64,000 nt of DNA from Candidatus Poribacteria bacterium. Lineage in GTDB: Bacteria > Poribacteria > WGA-4E > PCPOR2b. Position numbers and translations under genes: made by a program. Positions 32,036-42,905 of this stretch are shown here, in pieces (positions within the stretch are counted from its first letter, which is position 1; each line of letters opens with the position of its first letter). The stretch lies in assembly GCA_965208325.1 (NCBI GenBank), contig OZ242326.1, positions 1,184,001 through 1,248,000 on the forward strand, written 5' to 3'. The notes under the pieces are model-generated. The model was not told the DNA's origin. It did not search any database and saw only the letters and a list, made by a program, of their open reading frames with translations.

Positions 32036-33655
32036 GTGACTAAACTGCACATTCGACCGATGGTCATCATTATTCGCGACGGCTGGGGATGCAATCCCTA
32101 TCCGGAATGGAACAAAGCCAACGCCGTTTATCTCGCCAAAACACCGGTCGAGAATCGGCTAATGAGTGAATATCCGAACACATTAATACACACGTCAGGC
32201 GAACATGTCGGTGTGCCGCCCGGGGTAATCGGAAATAGCGAGGTGGGTCACCTGAACATCTCCGCCGGGCGGGTTGTTAGTCAGGAAATTTTGCGAATCA
32301 GCGAGATGGTCCGTTCCGGCGAGTTTTCAAAAAACAAAACCTTAATCGCCTCAATGAACCGCGTCAAAAAACACGGCAGTTGTCTGCACCTCATAGGGCT
32401 GGCGAGCAACGCTAGTGTGCATAGCACAATCGAGCACCTCTTCGGTCTACTCGCGTTAGCAAAAGAAACGGGCATTTCTGCTGATCGCGTGCTTGTTCAC
32501 AACTTTGCCGATGGGCGAGATAGCCCCCCGACTAGCGGCATTGACTTTTGCAGACAGATTGAGGCAAAACTGAAGGAAATTGGCGTTGGACGCATTGCTT
32601 CGGTTGTCGGCAGATACTACGCCATGGACCGCGACGACCGCTGGGAACGTGTGGAACAAGCTTACCGCCTTCTAACTGAGAGCCGTGGGCGCCGAGTCAG
32701 TAGCGCGATCGAAGCCTATAAACACTACTACGCCCATCCAACTGAAACAAATCTAACTGGGGATGAATTCATTGAGCCGACAGTGGTTACAGACAGTCAC
32801 GGTCAGCCGCTGCCTAGTGTCTGTGATGGAGATGCGGTAATTTTTTACAACTTCCGCGGAGACAGGCCGCGTGAGATTTGTAAAGCGTTCTGCCTCTCAG
32901 AGTTCCCGTTTGAAGGTGTTGGAAAAGATGGCGTGGTGCGGACAATGGGTTTTGAACGTAAGAAGAAACCGGAAATCGAGTTCGTTACAATGACCCAATA
33001 TGAAGAAGGACTCCCGGTTTCGGTAGCGCTGCCAAAACCGCCCAAGATGAAAAACATTCTGGGTGCCTACACAAGTAAACTTGGATTGGCGCAGTTTCGC
33101 TGCGCCGAAACAGAGAAATTCCCTCACGTCACATTGATGTTTAACGACTACCGTGACGAGCCATTCGATCGGGAAGATCGGAAACTCATTCCATCGCCGC
33201 GGAATGTCTCCACCTACGATCAAAAACCCGAAATGTCCGCGCCTGAAGTTACTAAAGAGGTGCTTCGCCGCATTGCGTCGGATAAATACGACTTAATCAT
33301 CCTCAACTACGCAAACGGCGATATGGTCGGTCATACGGGATCGCTGCCTGCCGCAATAAAAGCGGTGGAAACAGTAGACGCATGCGTCGGCGAGGTGATT
33401 CGTGCGGTAATGGCCAAGGGTGGTGCATTAATCGTGACTGCCGATCACGGCAATTGCGAACAGATGGTCGATCCCGACACCGGCGCACCCCATACCGCAC
33501 ACACAATGTACGATGTCGCCCTCAGCGTTGTCGATAATCGCTTCAAGGGATGCCGCTTAAGGACTGGCGGCCGGCTTGCGGACATTGCGCCCACCGCTTT
33601 AAGATTGCTCGGTTTGGAGCAACCTGCCGAGATGACCGGGCAATCCCTAATCTAA
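32036..33655 (+). CDS. gpmI: 2,3-bisphosphoglycerate-independent phosphoglycerate mutase
   Basis: DGWG, GNSEVGH, GRYYAMDRD, AETEKFPHVT, DMVGHTG, TADHGN. Confidence 0.96.
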   Translation: MTKLHIRPMVIIIRDGWGCNPYPEWNKANAVYLAKTPVENRLMSEYPNTLIHTSGEHVGVPPGVIGNSEVGHLNISAGRVVSQEILRISEMVRSGEFSKNKTLIASMNRVKKHGSCLHLIGLASNASVHSTIEHLFGLLALAKETGISADRVLVHNFADGRDSPPTSGIDFCRQIEAKLKEIGVGRIASVVGRYYAMDRDDRWERVEQAYRLLTESRGRRVSSAIEAYKHYYAHPTETNLTGDEFIEPTVVTDSHGQPLPSVCDGDAVIFYNFRGDRPREICKAFCLSEFPFEGVGKDGVVRTMGFERKKKPEIEFVTMTQYEEGLPVSVALPKPPKMKNILGAYTSKLGLAQFRCAETEKFPHVTLMFNDYRDEPFDREDRKLIPSPRNVSTYDQKPEMSAPEVTKEVLRRIASDKYDLIILNYANGDMVGHTGSLPAAIKAVETVDACVGEVIRAVMAKGGALIVTADHGNCEQMVDPDTGAPHTAHTMYDVALSVVDNRFKGCRLRTGGRLADIAPTALRLLGLEQPAEMTGQSLI

Positions 33656-33725
33656 TGTTTCGCGCCGCCGAATATCGTCTACGATTAATCCACACGCCAT
33701 TCCGTTCGCAAAGTGTGCAAAAAAC

Positions 33726-34793
33726 ATGATGCACATCCCGCTTATTACAACGACCGGACGCACGCATTCAAACCCGGGAGACACCTTCATCGGCGTAGGG
33801 CTCCAATATCTCTTCGAAAGAGTACTGGGGCCCCAAGTTTGGGTGCTCATTGACCGTTTTAACCCAAACGGCTTCCGGAAACACGAAGAATTAGTCCGCA
33901 ATGCACCGTTTCTCGTCTATGGCGGGATGCCGCAATATAATAATTACGACGACTGGAAACACTGGTACGATGATGCCATGTGGCGCGATTTTATCGTTCG
34001 CTGGAGGCGGAAAATCTTTACTATGGCAGGCGGCGCCGGTTTTTCGCACCCAAACATAAACATCAACGAATATGTCGCACATTGTATTCGCAGCAAAAAA
34101 ACACAGCGAATCATTCGGCAGCGGGTCGGCCCAAGTCTCTGCTTCACCGTGCGAGATGCGTATGCCCACGCCTTGCTAAACGCCCTTAACATTCCAAATA
34201 CCTACCTGCCGTGCCCGTCGATTTGGGCAGCCAAGATGTGGCAGATTGAACCCATGAATGTCCGGCCGTATCTGCTGTTGGTACCGCCAGCGCTACGCCA
34301 CGCCGCAAAGCGGGCTGATGGAAAACGCGTACCTCGCCGTAGAAGGCGGGAACTGTTCGCGTCCCAGTGGCGCAGCTTTTATATAGCGCTCAAAGAGAAC
34401 GGTCACAACGTAAAGGCAAACTGTCACGGCTATAGCGAATATACCGCCCTCCGCGATGCCATTCCCCAAGAAGATCTCTGGTATCACGGTGATTCCTACA
34501 CGCTGTTGCGGCAATATTCCCTCGCGCATACCGTTGTCTCAGCTCGGCTTCACGGCAGTCTCCCCGCCTATGGACTTGTTGGAACACGGGTATTGAATTT
34601 ATCCGTTGATGTTCGTGGTACAGCTGTTGAGGTGCTTCCCAAAATTCAAAACCTCCAGGTTGGCAATGCCAACGCCGATGTCCTTCTAACCGAAATCGCC
34701 AAACTTGAACCCTCAGATCCGGCGGATCTCCACTCTTGGGAAAAGAAGTACCAGGATGTTATTCGTTCCGCACTTCCGAACACATTCGAGTAG
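33726..34793 (+). CDS. polysaccharide pyruvyl transferase family protein
   Basis: NPGD, YGG, TVRDAYA, SARLHG motifs. Confidence 0.75.
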   Translation: MMHIPLITTTGRTHSNPGDTFIGVGLQYLFERVLGPQVWVLIDRFNPNGFRKHEELVRNAPFLVYGGMPQYNNYDDWKHWYDDAMWRDFIVRWRRKIFTMAGGAGFSHPNININEYVAHCIRSKKTQRIIRQRVGPSLCFTVRDAYAHALLNALNIPNTYLPCPSIWAAKMWQIEPMNVRPYLLLVPPALRHAAKRADGKRVPRRRRRELFASQWRSFYIALKENGHNVKANCHGYSEYTALRDAIPQEDLWYHGDSYTLLRQYSLAHTVVSARLHGSLPAYGLVGTRVLNLSVDVRGTAVEVLPKIQNLQVGNANADVLLTEIAKLEPSDPADLHSWEKKYQDVIRSALPNTFE

Positions 34794-35021
34794 CTAACAT
34801 GTTCCACCCGCCTCCCATTTATCCACGTTCCCTTGTTTGCTCTTTTTTTTATTACTTGACCAAACACCGACTTGATAACATGTGTATACTTATGATATAA
34901 TTCCCAATTATACTGGTATTATGCGAAGACAAATAGGATTTTTCTAGAACACTTGCGCTAATTTGGTCAATTTCGAAAACTGATAACGACGGTAATACCC
35001 ACTCCGTAAAGGAAAGATTAT

Positions 35022-35759
35022 ATGCTAAAAGACGCCCAAGATGCCTATGGGCACCTGATTTTGGATTATTATAACGGTCAGGAAATTGTCGAAATTGTGG
35101 AGCGGGATGACGGCTTCATCGGTACAAGCCGGTTGGGCCCGTTGACCTACCTCGCTGAATTTGATGACTGGGCGGAACATGAACACGTCGCAATGGACCA
35201 TGTCACGGGACGCGTTTTGGATATCGGCTGCGGCGCGGGGCGGCACGCTATCTATCTTCAGGAGCGTGGGTTTGATGTATTAGGCGTTGACAATTCACCT
35301 TTAGCCATTCAAGTTTGCCGGCAACGCGGGCTAAAAAACGCTGTTGTGGCGCCAGTTACCCGACTAAATTCCAAAATCGGCACCTTCGACACGCTGCTCA
35401 TGATGGGACACAATTTCGGCTTGGTCGGAAGTATTACACGGGCAAGATGGTTGTTGAAAAGGTTTCATAAAATGACAAGTTCAGCAGCAAAGATTATTGC
35501 TGAGACACAGAATGCATATCAAACAACAGTACCTTGCCATTTAGCCTACCACCAATTCAACCGGGACAGGGGGCGGATGGGAGGTCAACTCAGAATACGC
35601 GTAAGATACAGGCAATACGCTACGCCGTGGTTCGATATCCTCTACGTTTCAAAACCAGAAATGGAACAAATCATTCACGGAACCGGATGGACGGTTGAAT
35701 GCTACATTGACGCAACGGACTCAACCCCAACCTACATCGCTATCTTGGTAAAGACCTAA
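35022..35759 (+). CDS. class I SAM-dependent methyltransferase
   Basis: VLDIGCGAGRH, GVDNS, FDTLL. Confidence 0.9.
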   Translation: MLKDAQDAYGHLILDYYNGQEIVEIVERDDGFIGTSRLGPLTYLAEFDDWAEHEHVAMDHVTGRVLDIGCGAGRHAIYLQERGFDVLGVDNSPLAIQVCRQRGLKNAVVAPVTRLNSKIGTFDTLLMMGHNFGLVGSITRARWLLKRFHKMTSSAAKIIAETQNAYQTTVPCHLAYHQFNRDRGRMGGQLRIRVRYRQYATPWFDILYVSKPEMEQIIHGTGWTVECYIDATDSTPTYIAILVKT

Positions 35760-35858
35760 ATGCGAGGACTGTCTAATCAACTACGAAATCCCAAAATCTA
35801 TAAACAACTTGTAGCAAAGATCTTAAATCATTTTCACATCTTATTTAAGGAGAAATAA

Positions 35859-36524
35859 ATGAAATGTCGTGTGGTTGTAGCCGTTGTATTTTTCTTGATT
35901 ATTTCCGATGCAAAAACTATTGAGCGAATACCTTTAAAACATGTTGATTCAGATGCTTTATTAGCCGATGCCAGTTTTGACCCGCTAGTAAATGTTGGCG
36001 ATAGTGGATTCGTTGAAATTGGATGGTTCCCGAAAGAATATTGGGCTACTATAGACATCCCCAATACTCCTAATGTGTCAATTATGGTTATTGTTCAAGC
36101 GGATATTACACTCTTTGGTTCATTTGAATTTTATTCGAGAGATGAAGTTTTACGTGGTATGACTGTTACTTATACCCGGGGCTCGGATCGTTTGATATTA
36201 AAACCATTACAAACGGCCAAGGGCACCCATTATGACATATTCCTGACGTTTATAGAAAATATGATGGCGCAAGCAATGGGTGAAGCGGGAAAACACATGT
36301 ATTTCTTTGTATTCAACAACCTCGAAAATGGTAAAAGGATACTCGATCCTTACGAAGAAGGCCGACTAAGAATCCAACTAACTGCACGAGATGGCACCAT
36401 AATGTACGGCGAGGTTGAAACTCCTTTAAATGCGCTCTTTGTCCCTCGCAAGTGCCCAAACGGGAAAGTGGCTCATGTATCGTGGAATTACTGTCCGTGG
36501 ACAGGTGTAAGACTGCCAGATTAG
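35859..36524 (+). CDS. hypothetical secreted protein with C-terminal Cys motif
   Basis: Signal-like N-terminus; SD AAGGAG; CPNGK...WNYCPWTG. Confidence 0.6.
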   Translation: MKCRVVVAVVFFLIISDAKTIERIPLKHVDSDALLADASFDPLVNVGDSGFVEIGWFPKEYWATIDIPNTPNVSIMVIVQADITLFGSFEFYSRDEVLRGMTVTYTRGSDRLILKPLQTAKGTHYDIFLTFIENMMAQAMGEAGKHMYFFVFNNLENGKRILDPYEEGRLRIQLTARDGTIMYGEVETPLNALFVPRKCPNGKVAHVSWNYCPWTGVRLPD

Positions 36525-36533
36525 GAGATTTAG

Positions 36534-37040
36534 ATGTTTGATACCATTTTTAACATTGCTTTTTATATTGCCCTAATCGCTCTTATTAGTTACGCGGCAA
36601 TGAAAAAGACTGTGTCTAAGCGATTTTATCTATCAACAATAGTAATCGTGCTTGGAGTTCTGATGTTTTTAACTGATTTGGTGAAACCAATTACGAATCC
36701 GGTGGCGTTTGAACCGAATCCCTTTTTGGGGATTCAGATTATTATGGGGACGTTAGTTTATCGCTCAATCAAGCGAAGCAAATTAGGGCGCAATGTTCGT
36801 ACGACACGGCGCATGGTTGCAGAATGTGTTTTCTTGGTACTTGCTACATTGCCAACAATTTGGACAACGTTTGTAGTGCATCCCTATCACCCATCGTGGA
36901 AATATATTGTAGCATATGAGCCTGCACGATTTACTATGCCGATTTGGTTTTATGTCGCTTATTTCATAATGTGGAGAAAGAAACCAATGTCAGACGAAAC
37001 CGAACACATCTTAAGCGAAAAAAAACTAGAGGAGATATGA
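36534..37040 (+). CDS. hypothetical membrane protein (about 5 TM)
   Basis: Hydrophobic segments; SD AGGAG; 9 nt after the previous gene. Confidence 0.6.
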   Translation: MFDTIFNIAFYIALIALISYAAMKKTVSKRFYLSTIVIVLGVLMFLTDLVKPITNPVAFEPNPFLGIQIIMGTLVYRSIKRSKLGRNVRTTRRMVAECVFLVLATLPTIWTTFVVHPYHPSWKYIVAYEPARFTMPIWFYVAYFIMWRKKPMSDETEHILSEKKLEEI

Positions 37041-37334
37041 TGATCATAAATTGGAGACGAAAATCGGTAAAACTAGCTGAACGTGGAACGCAGAACAGTG
37101 AAAAAGTGTGCCGAGGAAACACCATTTTCCATATTTGTATCGTATAAAGTAATTGGAATCCGGTAGTGACCCATTTCACAAATTTTCCCGACCAGAATAA
37201 AACCGACGACCTGGCACACTGCAAGTGTTTATGCCGTAATTAGGACGAATAGATAAACAACGCATGACACGGCTAAATGTACTGGCAAGACTTCTGCCTG
37301 ACATTTTCCTTTTGGGGTAACGCGACCCGAGGAA

Positions 37335-38576
37335 TCAAGCCCCGACCCATCGCTCCCGCAATACTGCAATACGTTGGAGCACCGGTGGGTGGCCGTAATT
37401 CAGGAACACAGTAAAGGCGTGGGGCGTGAGGTTTCCTAGGTTGGCGACCGATAAATGTTTAAGTGCTAAAATCAAGGGTTCAGCCGAACCGGTCGTCTCG
37501 GCTGCAAACGCATCGGCTTCATACTCGTGCTTGCGAGATATGGCGTTCATGACGATAGAAAGCACCAACTCAATCGGTGAATATAGGATAGAAAAAAACA
37601 CGAGTCCCGCATACACCGAAACCGATTCCATGCGAAACGCATCAAACAGCCCGCGGTTTTCTACAAACAGAGACAGAAGAAATAGCAAGATTCCCGTATG
37701 AATAATGGACAATATCATGCCCTTCAGGACATGCCTTCTCTTGTAATGGCCGACCTCATGGGCAATGATGGCGACCATCTCCTCAACAGAATGCTTGTCC
37801 ATCAGCGTGTCAAATAGTGCAATCCGCTTCTTGAGAAAGCCGCTAAAATAGGCGTTCGAGTGCGTTGAACGCTTGGACCCATCCATAACACAAATCTCTT
37901 TGAGTGTAAATCCCACCTTATCGGCGTAACGCTGAATACCGCTTTTCAAATCACCTTCATCCAAGGGAGTAAAATTGTTGAACAGCGGCGCAATGACTGC
38001 TGTGAACAGCGGTTGAGCGGCAATGATGAAAAACGATACAAATGCCCAGGCATACAGCCACGCATAAGCGCCCGCAATTTCAAAGAAGAACAAAATCCCT
38101 CCCAGTAAAATCGAACCCAAAATGATAACCAAACCGTAGCTCTTCACTTTATCCAGCACAAATGTCTTTGCGGTCATCTTATTGAACCCAAATCGCTCTT
38201 CTATGACAAAATTGTGATAGAGAACGAACGGAATTGAGATGATGTCTTGGGCAAAATACAGTAAACCAAAGAATGCAAGACCGGTGAAAATTGGGTTAAG
38301 TTCCAGTCCCCGCACAAATTGGTCCACCAGATTGAATCCACCCAGCACAATAAAGGCGGCAATCAACACCACATCGAAGCTGGAAGAAAAATACGCAAAT
38401 TTCGCCTTCGCCTTTGTGTACTCCTGCGACTGGCTGTATTTTTCCTCGTCATAAAATCCGCTAAATTCACTTGGCAACATCTTATCCAGCGAATTTAGGT
38501 TTAGGTAACGCGCTGCGCTGCGGAGCACAAATTCCCCAAATAGTGCGGTGAGAATAATTGCTAGGTATAGATTCAT
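37335..38576 (-). CDS. Ste24-like M48 metallopeptidase
   Basis: FGFNK, DGSKRSTHSNAYF, HEVGH, SRKHEYEAD, HPP. Confidence 0.92.
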   Translation of the reverse strand: MNLYLAIILTALFGEFVLRSAARYLNLNSLDKMLPSEFSGFYDEEKYSQSQEYTKAKAKFAYFSSSFDVVLIAAFIVLGGFNLVDQFVRGLELNPIFTGLAFFGLLYFAQDIISIPFVLYHNFVIEERFGFNKMTAKTFVLDKVKSYGLVIILGSILLGGILFFFEIAGAYAWLYAWAFVSFFIIAAQPLFTAVIAPLFNNFTPLDEGDLKSGIQRYADKVGFTLKEICVMDGSKRSTHSNAYFSGFLKKRIALFDTLMDKHSVEEMVAIIAHEVGHYKRRHVLKGMILSIIHTGILLFLLSLFVENRGLFDAFRMESVSVYAGLVFFSILYSPIELVLSIVMNAISRKHEYEADAFAAETTGSAEPLILALKHLSVANLGNLTPHAFTVFLNYGHPPVLQRIAVLRERWVGA

Positions 38577-38686
38577 AAAACCGGCCCGTTTCTACCCATT
38601 TCGTCCAATAAAGGTCGTCCATTTACCACAATTCAATGCCATCAGTTTAGCGGATTGGCAGCGCGGGAGTCAACATCCTTTTGCAA

Positions 38687-38715
38687 TTGTCTTTTAACGC
38701 TTGCCGTGATATACT
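38687..38715 (+). promoter_or_regulatory. sigma70-type promoter for fusA
   Basis: TTGTCT-N17-TATACT with extended -10 TG. Confidence 0.55.
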
Positions 38716-38770
38716 TCCTTTGAAAGTAGAACATTTGGACAATGCAAAACTAATCAAATGAGAACCTCAT

Positions 38771-40849
38771 ATGGCACGGGAATACGCGATCGAACGCGTG
38801 CGTAATATCGGTATCATGGCGCACATTGACGCCGGCAAAACCACCACCACAGAACGAATTTTATTCTACACGGGCAAGAAACACAAGATTGGCAAAGTAG
38901 ATGACGGCACGGCTGAGATGGATTGGATGGTGCAGGAACGCGAACACGGCATTACCATCACGGCCGCAGCCACAACCTGTTTGTGGCAAAATCACGCCAT
39001 TCATCTGATTGACACCCCAGGCCATGTTGATTTCACTGTCGAAGTCGAGCGCTCTCTCCGTGTGCTCGATGGCGCCATCGCACTTTTCTGTGCCGTTGGC
39101 GGTGTTGAACCTCAATCCGAAACTGTTTGGCATCAGGCAGATCGGTACCGCATTCCTCGCGTCGCATTTGTAAACAAGATGGATCGGGTCGGCGCAAATT
39201 TCCGCCGTGTCATAAAGATGATGGAAGAGGTGCTAAACGCTAACCCCTTGTTGATACAATTGCCAATCGGATCTGAAAGCCAGTTTTCCGGCGTTATCGA
39301 TCTAATCCACATGAAAGCTATGCACTGGAACGTTGACGATCAAGGGTGGACGTTCGATTCACAGGAGATTCCTTCGGAACTCCAATCAGAAGCGCGTGAG
39401 GCGCGTGAGGCCATGATTGAAATTATCGCCGGAGAGGATGATTTCCTGCTTGAGAAATACGTCGAAGGTGCTGAAATTACTGAAGCCGAGTTGCTAAACG
39501 GGATTCGCACCGGTACGCTAAAAAATGCATTCTGTCCTGTTTTATGCGGTACCGCCCTAAAAAACCAAGGCGTGCAACCCTTGCTTGATGCCGTCATCCA
39601 ATTTTTACCTTCGCCGCTTGATGTGCCTCCGATTGAGGGAACACACCCGAAAACAGAAAAATCGGATACCCGCGAAGCAAAAGATAACGCCCCGTTCTCG
39701 GCTTTGGCGTTCAAAATCGCCAGCGATCCGAATGTGGATAAGATCATTTACTGCCGTATCTACTCTGGCACGCTCAAGCGCGGTGATGTGCTCTACAACG
39801 TGGCAAAGAATTCAAGAGAGCGTGTGACCCGAATTTTGGAAATGCACGCCAACAAGCAATTGGTCTGCGATGAAATGCATGCAGGAGACATCGTCGCCCT
39901 TGTAGGCTTGAAAAAAACCACTACCGGTGACACGCTGACTCATGCTAGGCATCCGATTTTGTTGGAATCGATAAATTTCCCGGATCCCGTTATCTCCGTC
40001 GCAATCGAACCCACATCCCAAAGCGACAAGGACAAACTTGAAGAGACGCTTCAAGTCTTAATGGAAGAAGATCCGACGTTCTCGGTCGCGATCGACAAAG
40101 AAACAGGGCAGAGAGTAATCTCCGGCATGGGCGAACTTCATCTGGAAATCTTGGCAGATCGGATGATTCGAGAGTTTGGCGTAAACGCCCGCGTCAGTCA
40201 GTTACAGGTTGCCTATCGGGAGACCATCGGTGCGGTTGCTGAAGCACAGGGAAAGTTCATCCACAAAACGGAGGAGGAAGGCATTTACGGGGATGTTGCG
40301 CTGCGCGTAGAGCCGTTACCCAGAAAACAGGGATTTCAGTTCGTCAATGAAAGTAGCGACCTGCAAATCCCGAGGCAATTCATCACCGCGATTGAAGGCG
40401 CGCTCAAAGGCGCAATGAACAACGGCGTTTTAGCCGGCGTCCCAATGCAAGACATCAAAGTCGCGCTCACCGGCGGTTCATACCATGAAACCGATTCATC
40501 GGAAATCGGGTTTGAAGCCGCTGCTGTCGTCGCATTCGAGAATGCGCTCAAGAAAGCACAACCGCTTTTGCTAGAGCCCATCATGAGAATGCAAGTCATT
40601 GTGTCCAGTGAGTTCATCGGAAAAGTAATTGGCGATCTCAGCGCACGGCGCGCGCAAATAAACGAAACCGAGAGCCGCGGATTGTCAGAAGTTCTCAATG
40701 CGTACGTTCCACTAGCGGAGACATTCAAATATACAACCGATTTGCGTTCGATGACGCAAGGACGCGGAACGTTCACAATGGAGCTGGCACACTATGACGT
40801 TGTACCCGTCAATCTCCGCGACAAAATATTAAATCGAAACTGGTTTTGA
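38771..40849 (+). CDS. fusA: elongation factor G (stand-alone copy)
   Basis: [41 protein letters not shown]; no rpsL/rpsG/tuf neighbours. Confidence 0.93.
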   Translation: MAREYAIERVRNIGIMAHIDAGKTTTTERILFYTGKKHKIGKVDDGTAEMDWMVQEREHGITITAAATTCLWQNHAIHLIDTPGHVDFTVEVERSLRVLDGAIALFCAVGGVEPQSETVWHQADRYRIPRVAFVNKMDRVGANFRRVIKMMEEVLNANPLLIQLPIGSESQFSGVIDLIHMKAMHWNVDDQGWTFDSQEIPSELQSEAREAREAMIEIIAGEDDFLLEKYVEGAEITEAELLNGIRTGTLKNAFCPVLCGTALKNQGVQPLLDAVIQFLPSPLDVPPIEGTHPKTEKSDTREAKDNAPFSALAFKIASDPNVDKIIYCRIYSGTLKRGDVLYNVAKNSRERVTRILEMHANKQLVCDEMHAGDIVALVGLKKTTTGDTLTHARHPILLESINFPDPVISVAIEPTSQSDKDKLEETLQVLMEEDPTFSVAIDKETGQRVISGMGELHLEILADRMIREFGVNARVSQLQVAYRETIGAVAEAQGKFIHKTEEEGIYGDVALRVEPLPRKQGFQFVNESSDLQIPRQFITAIEGALKGAMNNGVLAGVPMQDIKVALTGGSYHETDSSEIGFEAAAVVAFENALKKAQPLLLEPIMRMQVIVSSEFIGKVIGDLSARRAQINETESRGLSEVLNAYVPLAETFKYTTDLRSMTQGRGTFTMELAHYDVVPVNLRDKILNRNWF

Positions 40850-40873
40850 GGCCGCAAATACGGTTGAATTCAC

Positions 40874-42010
40874 ATGTTCCAAAGGGCAATTGAATTCGCA
40901 ACGATTGTGAGTTCCTTTATTATTCAACATATTCTCTACCGAAATGTATTGCCTGCTGACTTCAAACCCCGCCGAATCCTTGTCGTAAAGTTAGATCACC
41001 TAGGCGATATGCTGCTCGCCACGCCTGTATTCTCAAACCTGCGCAGCGCCTATCCGCATGCGCAAATCCATGCGCTCGTCGGCAGACCAGGCGTTCTAGT
41101 CTTGCAAAACCATCCCGATGTGAACAAAACCATTCGGTACGATGCCCGATTTTTCTCTCGATCGAATCAACCGGTGCTAATGAGGTATGCATTTCAACTA
41201 TTCCGTAACCTCCGCCGCAAAAAATACGATTTGCTAATTGACCTGCGAGGCGACTGGCTGACAGTCCTTTTCGCACTGTTAAAAGGGACGTTTTATCGCC
41301 TCGATCTCGCATCGCTGCAAACTGAAAATAAACTCGGGATTTTTGCGTTCACCGGTTCGCACCAATTGGACCGTAACCTTGACATCCTTCGTACCGCGCG
41401 CATTCCAACGCCGCACAGGGCGCCGATATTTCGACTGTCGCTGGCTGATAGGCAGTGGACCGATGAGTTTCTTAACAGCGCGAATATCGTCAACGATCTC
41501 CCCTTGGTTGCCATCCATCCCGGTTCCCCAATCAAACTCAAGCGCTGGCGCCCTGAACGATATGCGGCGGTTGCAGATTGGCTTGTTGCGCGCAAGAACG
41601 CCCAAATACTTTTTGTCGGAGTGAAGTCTGAGGTTTCCGCAATTGCAGGTGTTCAAAAACACATGGATGGGGAATCTACCAGCGTCGCCGGATCAACAAA
41701 CCTATCTCAACTCGCAGGCATTCTGGAGCGATGCAATCTGTTTATTGGGAACGACAGCGGTCCCATGCACCTCGCCGCCGCAGTAGGAACTCAGACGATT
41801 GGCTTATACGGACCCGGCAATCCAGAGCGTTTCGGGCCGGTGGGTTCCCACTGCTGCACAATTCGGCGGATGCCAGATTGTCCGCCGTGTATGGGAACCT
41901 CCTGTAAATTTGGCGGGGACGGGTGTATGAAGGAGATTGAGGTAGGAGAGGTAATTCGCATGGCCGAACAACGCTTGATACCGCACACAGACTGCAACGA
42001 TAGAACATAG
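40874..42010 (+). CDS. glycosyltransferase family 9 (heptosyltransferase-like)
   Basis: LGDMLL, HPG...KRW, GNDSGPMHLAAA. Confidence 0.92.
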   Translation: MFQRAIEFATIVSSFIIQHILYRNVLPADFKPRRILVVKLDHLGDMLLATPVFSNLRSAYPHAQIHALVGRPGVLVLQNHPDVNKTIRYDARFFSRSNQPVLMRYAFQLFRNLRRKKYDLLIDLRGDWLTVLFALLKGTFYRLDLASLQTENKLGIFAFTGSHQLDRNLDILRTARIPTPHRAPIFRLSLADRQWTDEFLNSANIVNDLPLVAIHPGSPIKLKRWRPERYAAVADWLVARKNAQILFVGVKSEVSAIAGVQKHMDGESTSVAGSTNLSQLAGILERCNLFIGNDSGPMHLAAAVGTQTIGLYGPGNPERFGPVGSHCCTIRRMPDCPPCMGTSCKFGGDGCMKEIEVGEVIRMAEQRLIPHTDCNDRT

Positions 42011-42025
42011 CCGCAAAGTAGTCAT

Positions 42026-42757
42026 TTACCCAGAAGCGGCGAGGAATTTTTCAATCTCAGTCTTAAGGTCTTGGTTCACCGCTTCAATGCTGCGAGACGC
42101 GTCAACCACTGTAAAACCAAATTCGTCGGTCATTCTGTCAAATTCTTGAATGATTCGAGTTTGATACCGCACAAAGCTCTCATACACATCCCCTGAGAGT
42201 CCAATATCCATGCCCGATTCCCAGTAGCTCATGCTGCGCCCGGATTCAAAAGTACGCCGAATCAAATCCTCGACGCCAATCCTCAAGTAGATTACCAGAT
42301 CCGGTATTAGCGCAAAGCCATAAACTTCGCGAAGCCAGTTTGGATTGATGCCGCGTACGATATGCCGTGCAAAGGCAGTGTACATATAACGGTCCGCAAG
42401 AACGATAAATCCGCCTTTGAGCGCCGGAATTATCACATTTTCCAGTCGATCGGCAAAATCAGCGGCATACAAGACACTGAAAGTAATCTGGTTTAAGGTA
42501 TTGCCTTTCTTCACTGAGTCAATTGCTGGGCCCAATAACGGCGAGCGCGTCCATCCGGTATTCACCACGCCATAACCTTTCACCTCAAGCCATTTCGTCA
42601 AATTGTCGCTCAACGTCGGCTTGCCTAGGCTATCGACGCCCTCAATATGTGTCGATCTGCCAACCGCGTCAGTACCTTCAATTACAATTAATCTGCCGGA
42701 CAAATCGCTCACATCAAGGTACGGCATACCATTACCGTAGAACATCCGATCTTTCAT
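42026..42757 (-). CDS. thymidylate-kinase-like protein with degenerate P-loop (candidate PPK3 regulatory subunit)
   Basis: EGTDAVGRST (Lys to Arg), DFADRLENVIIPAL, ADRY, YWESGMD; lacks the TREPG motif of Tmk. Confidence 0.75.
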   Translation of the reverse strand: MKDRMFYGNGMPYLDVSDLSGRLIVIEGTDAVGRSTHIEGVDSLGKPTLSDNLTKWLEVKGYGVVNTGWTRSPLLGPAIDSVKKGNTLNQITFSVLYAADFADRLENVIIPALKGGFIVLADRYMYTAFARHIVRGINPNWLREVYGFALIPDLVIYLRIGVEDLIRRTFESGRSMSYWESGMDIGLSGDVYESFVRYQTRIIQEFDRMTDEFGFTVVDASRSIEAVNQDLKTEIEKFLAASG

Positions 42758-42905
42758 CTGTTTTTCCTTGCGAAGTTGGGTCCAAGTCGATAGCGCCATC
42801 TACAGCCAAAAAACTTTTTCAACGCCTCTTGGGCGATGGTCTAAACGTACAATTCTCATTAACTTCCCAAACCGATGAGTTCATGAAGAACGGGAGAACC
42901 AGAGG

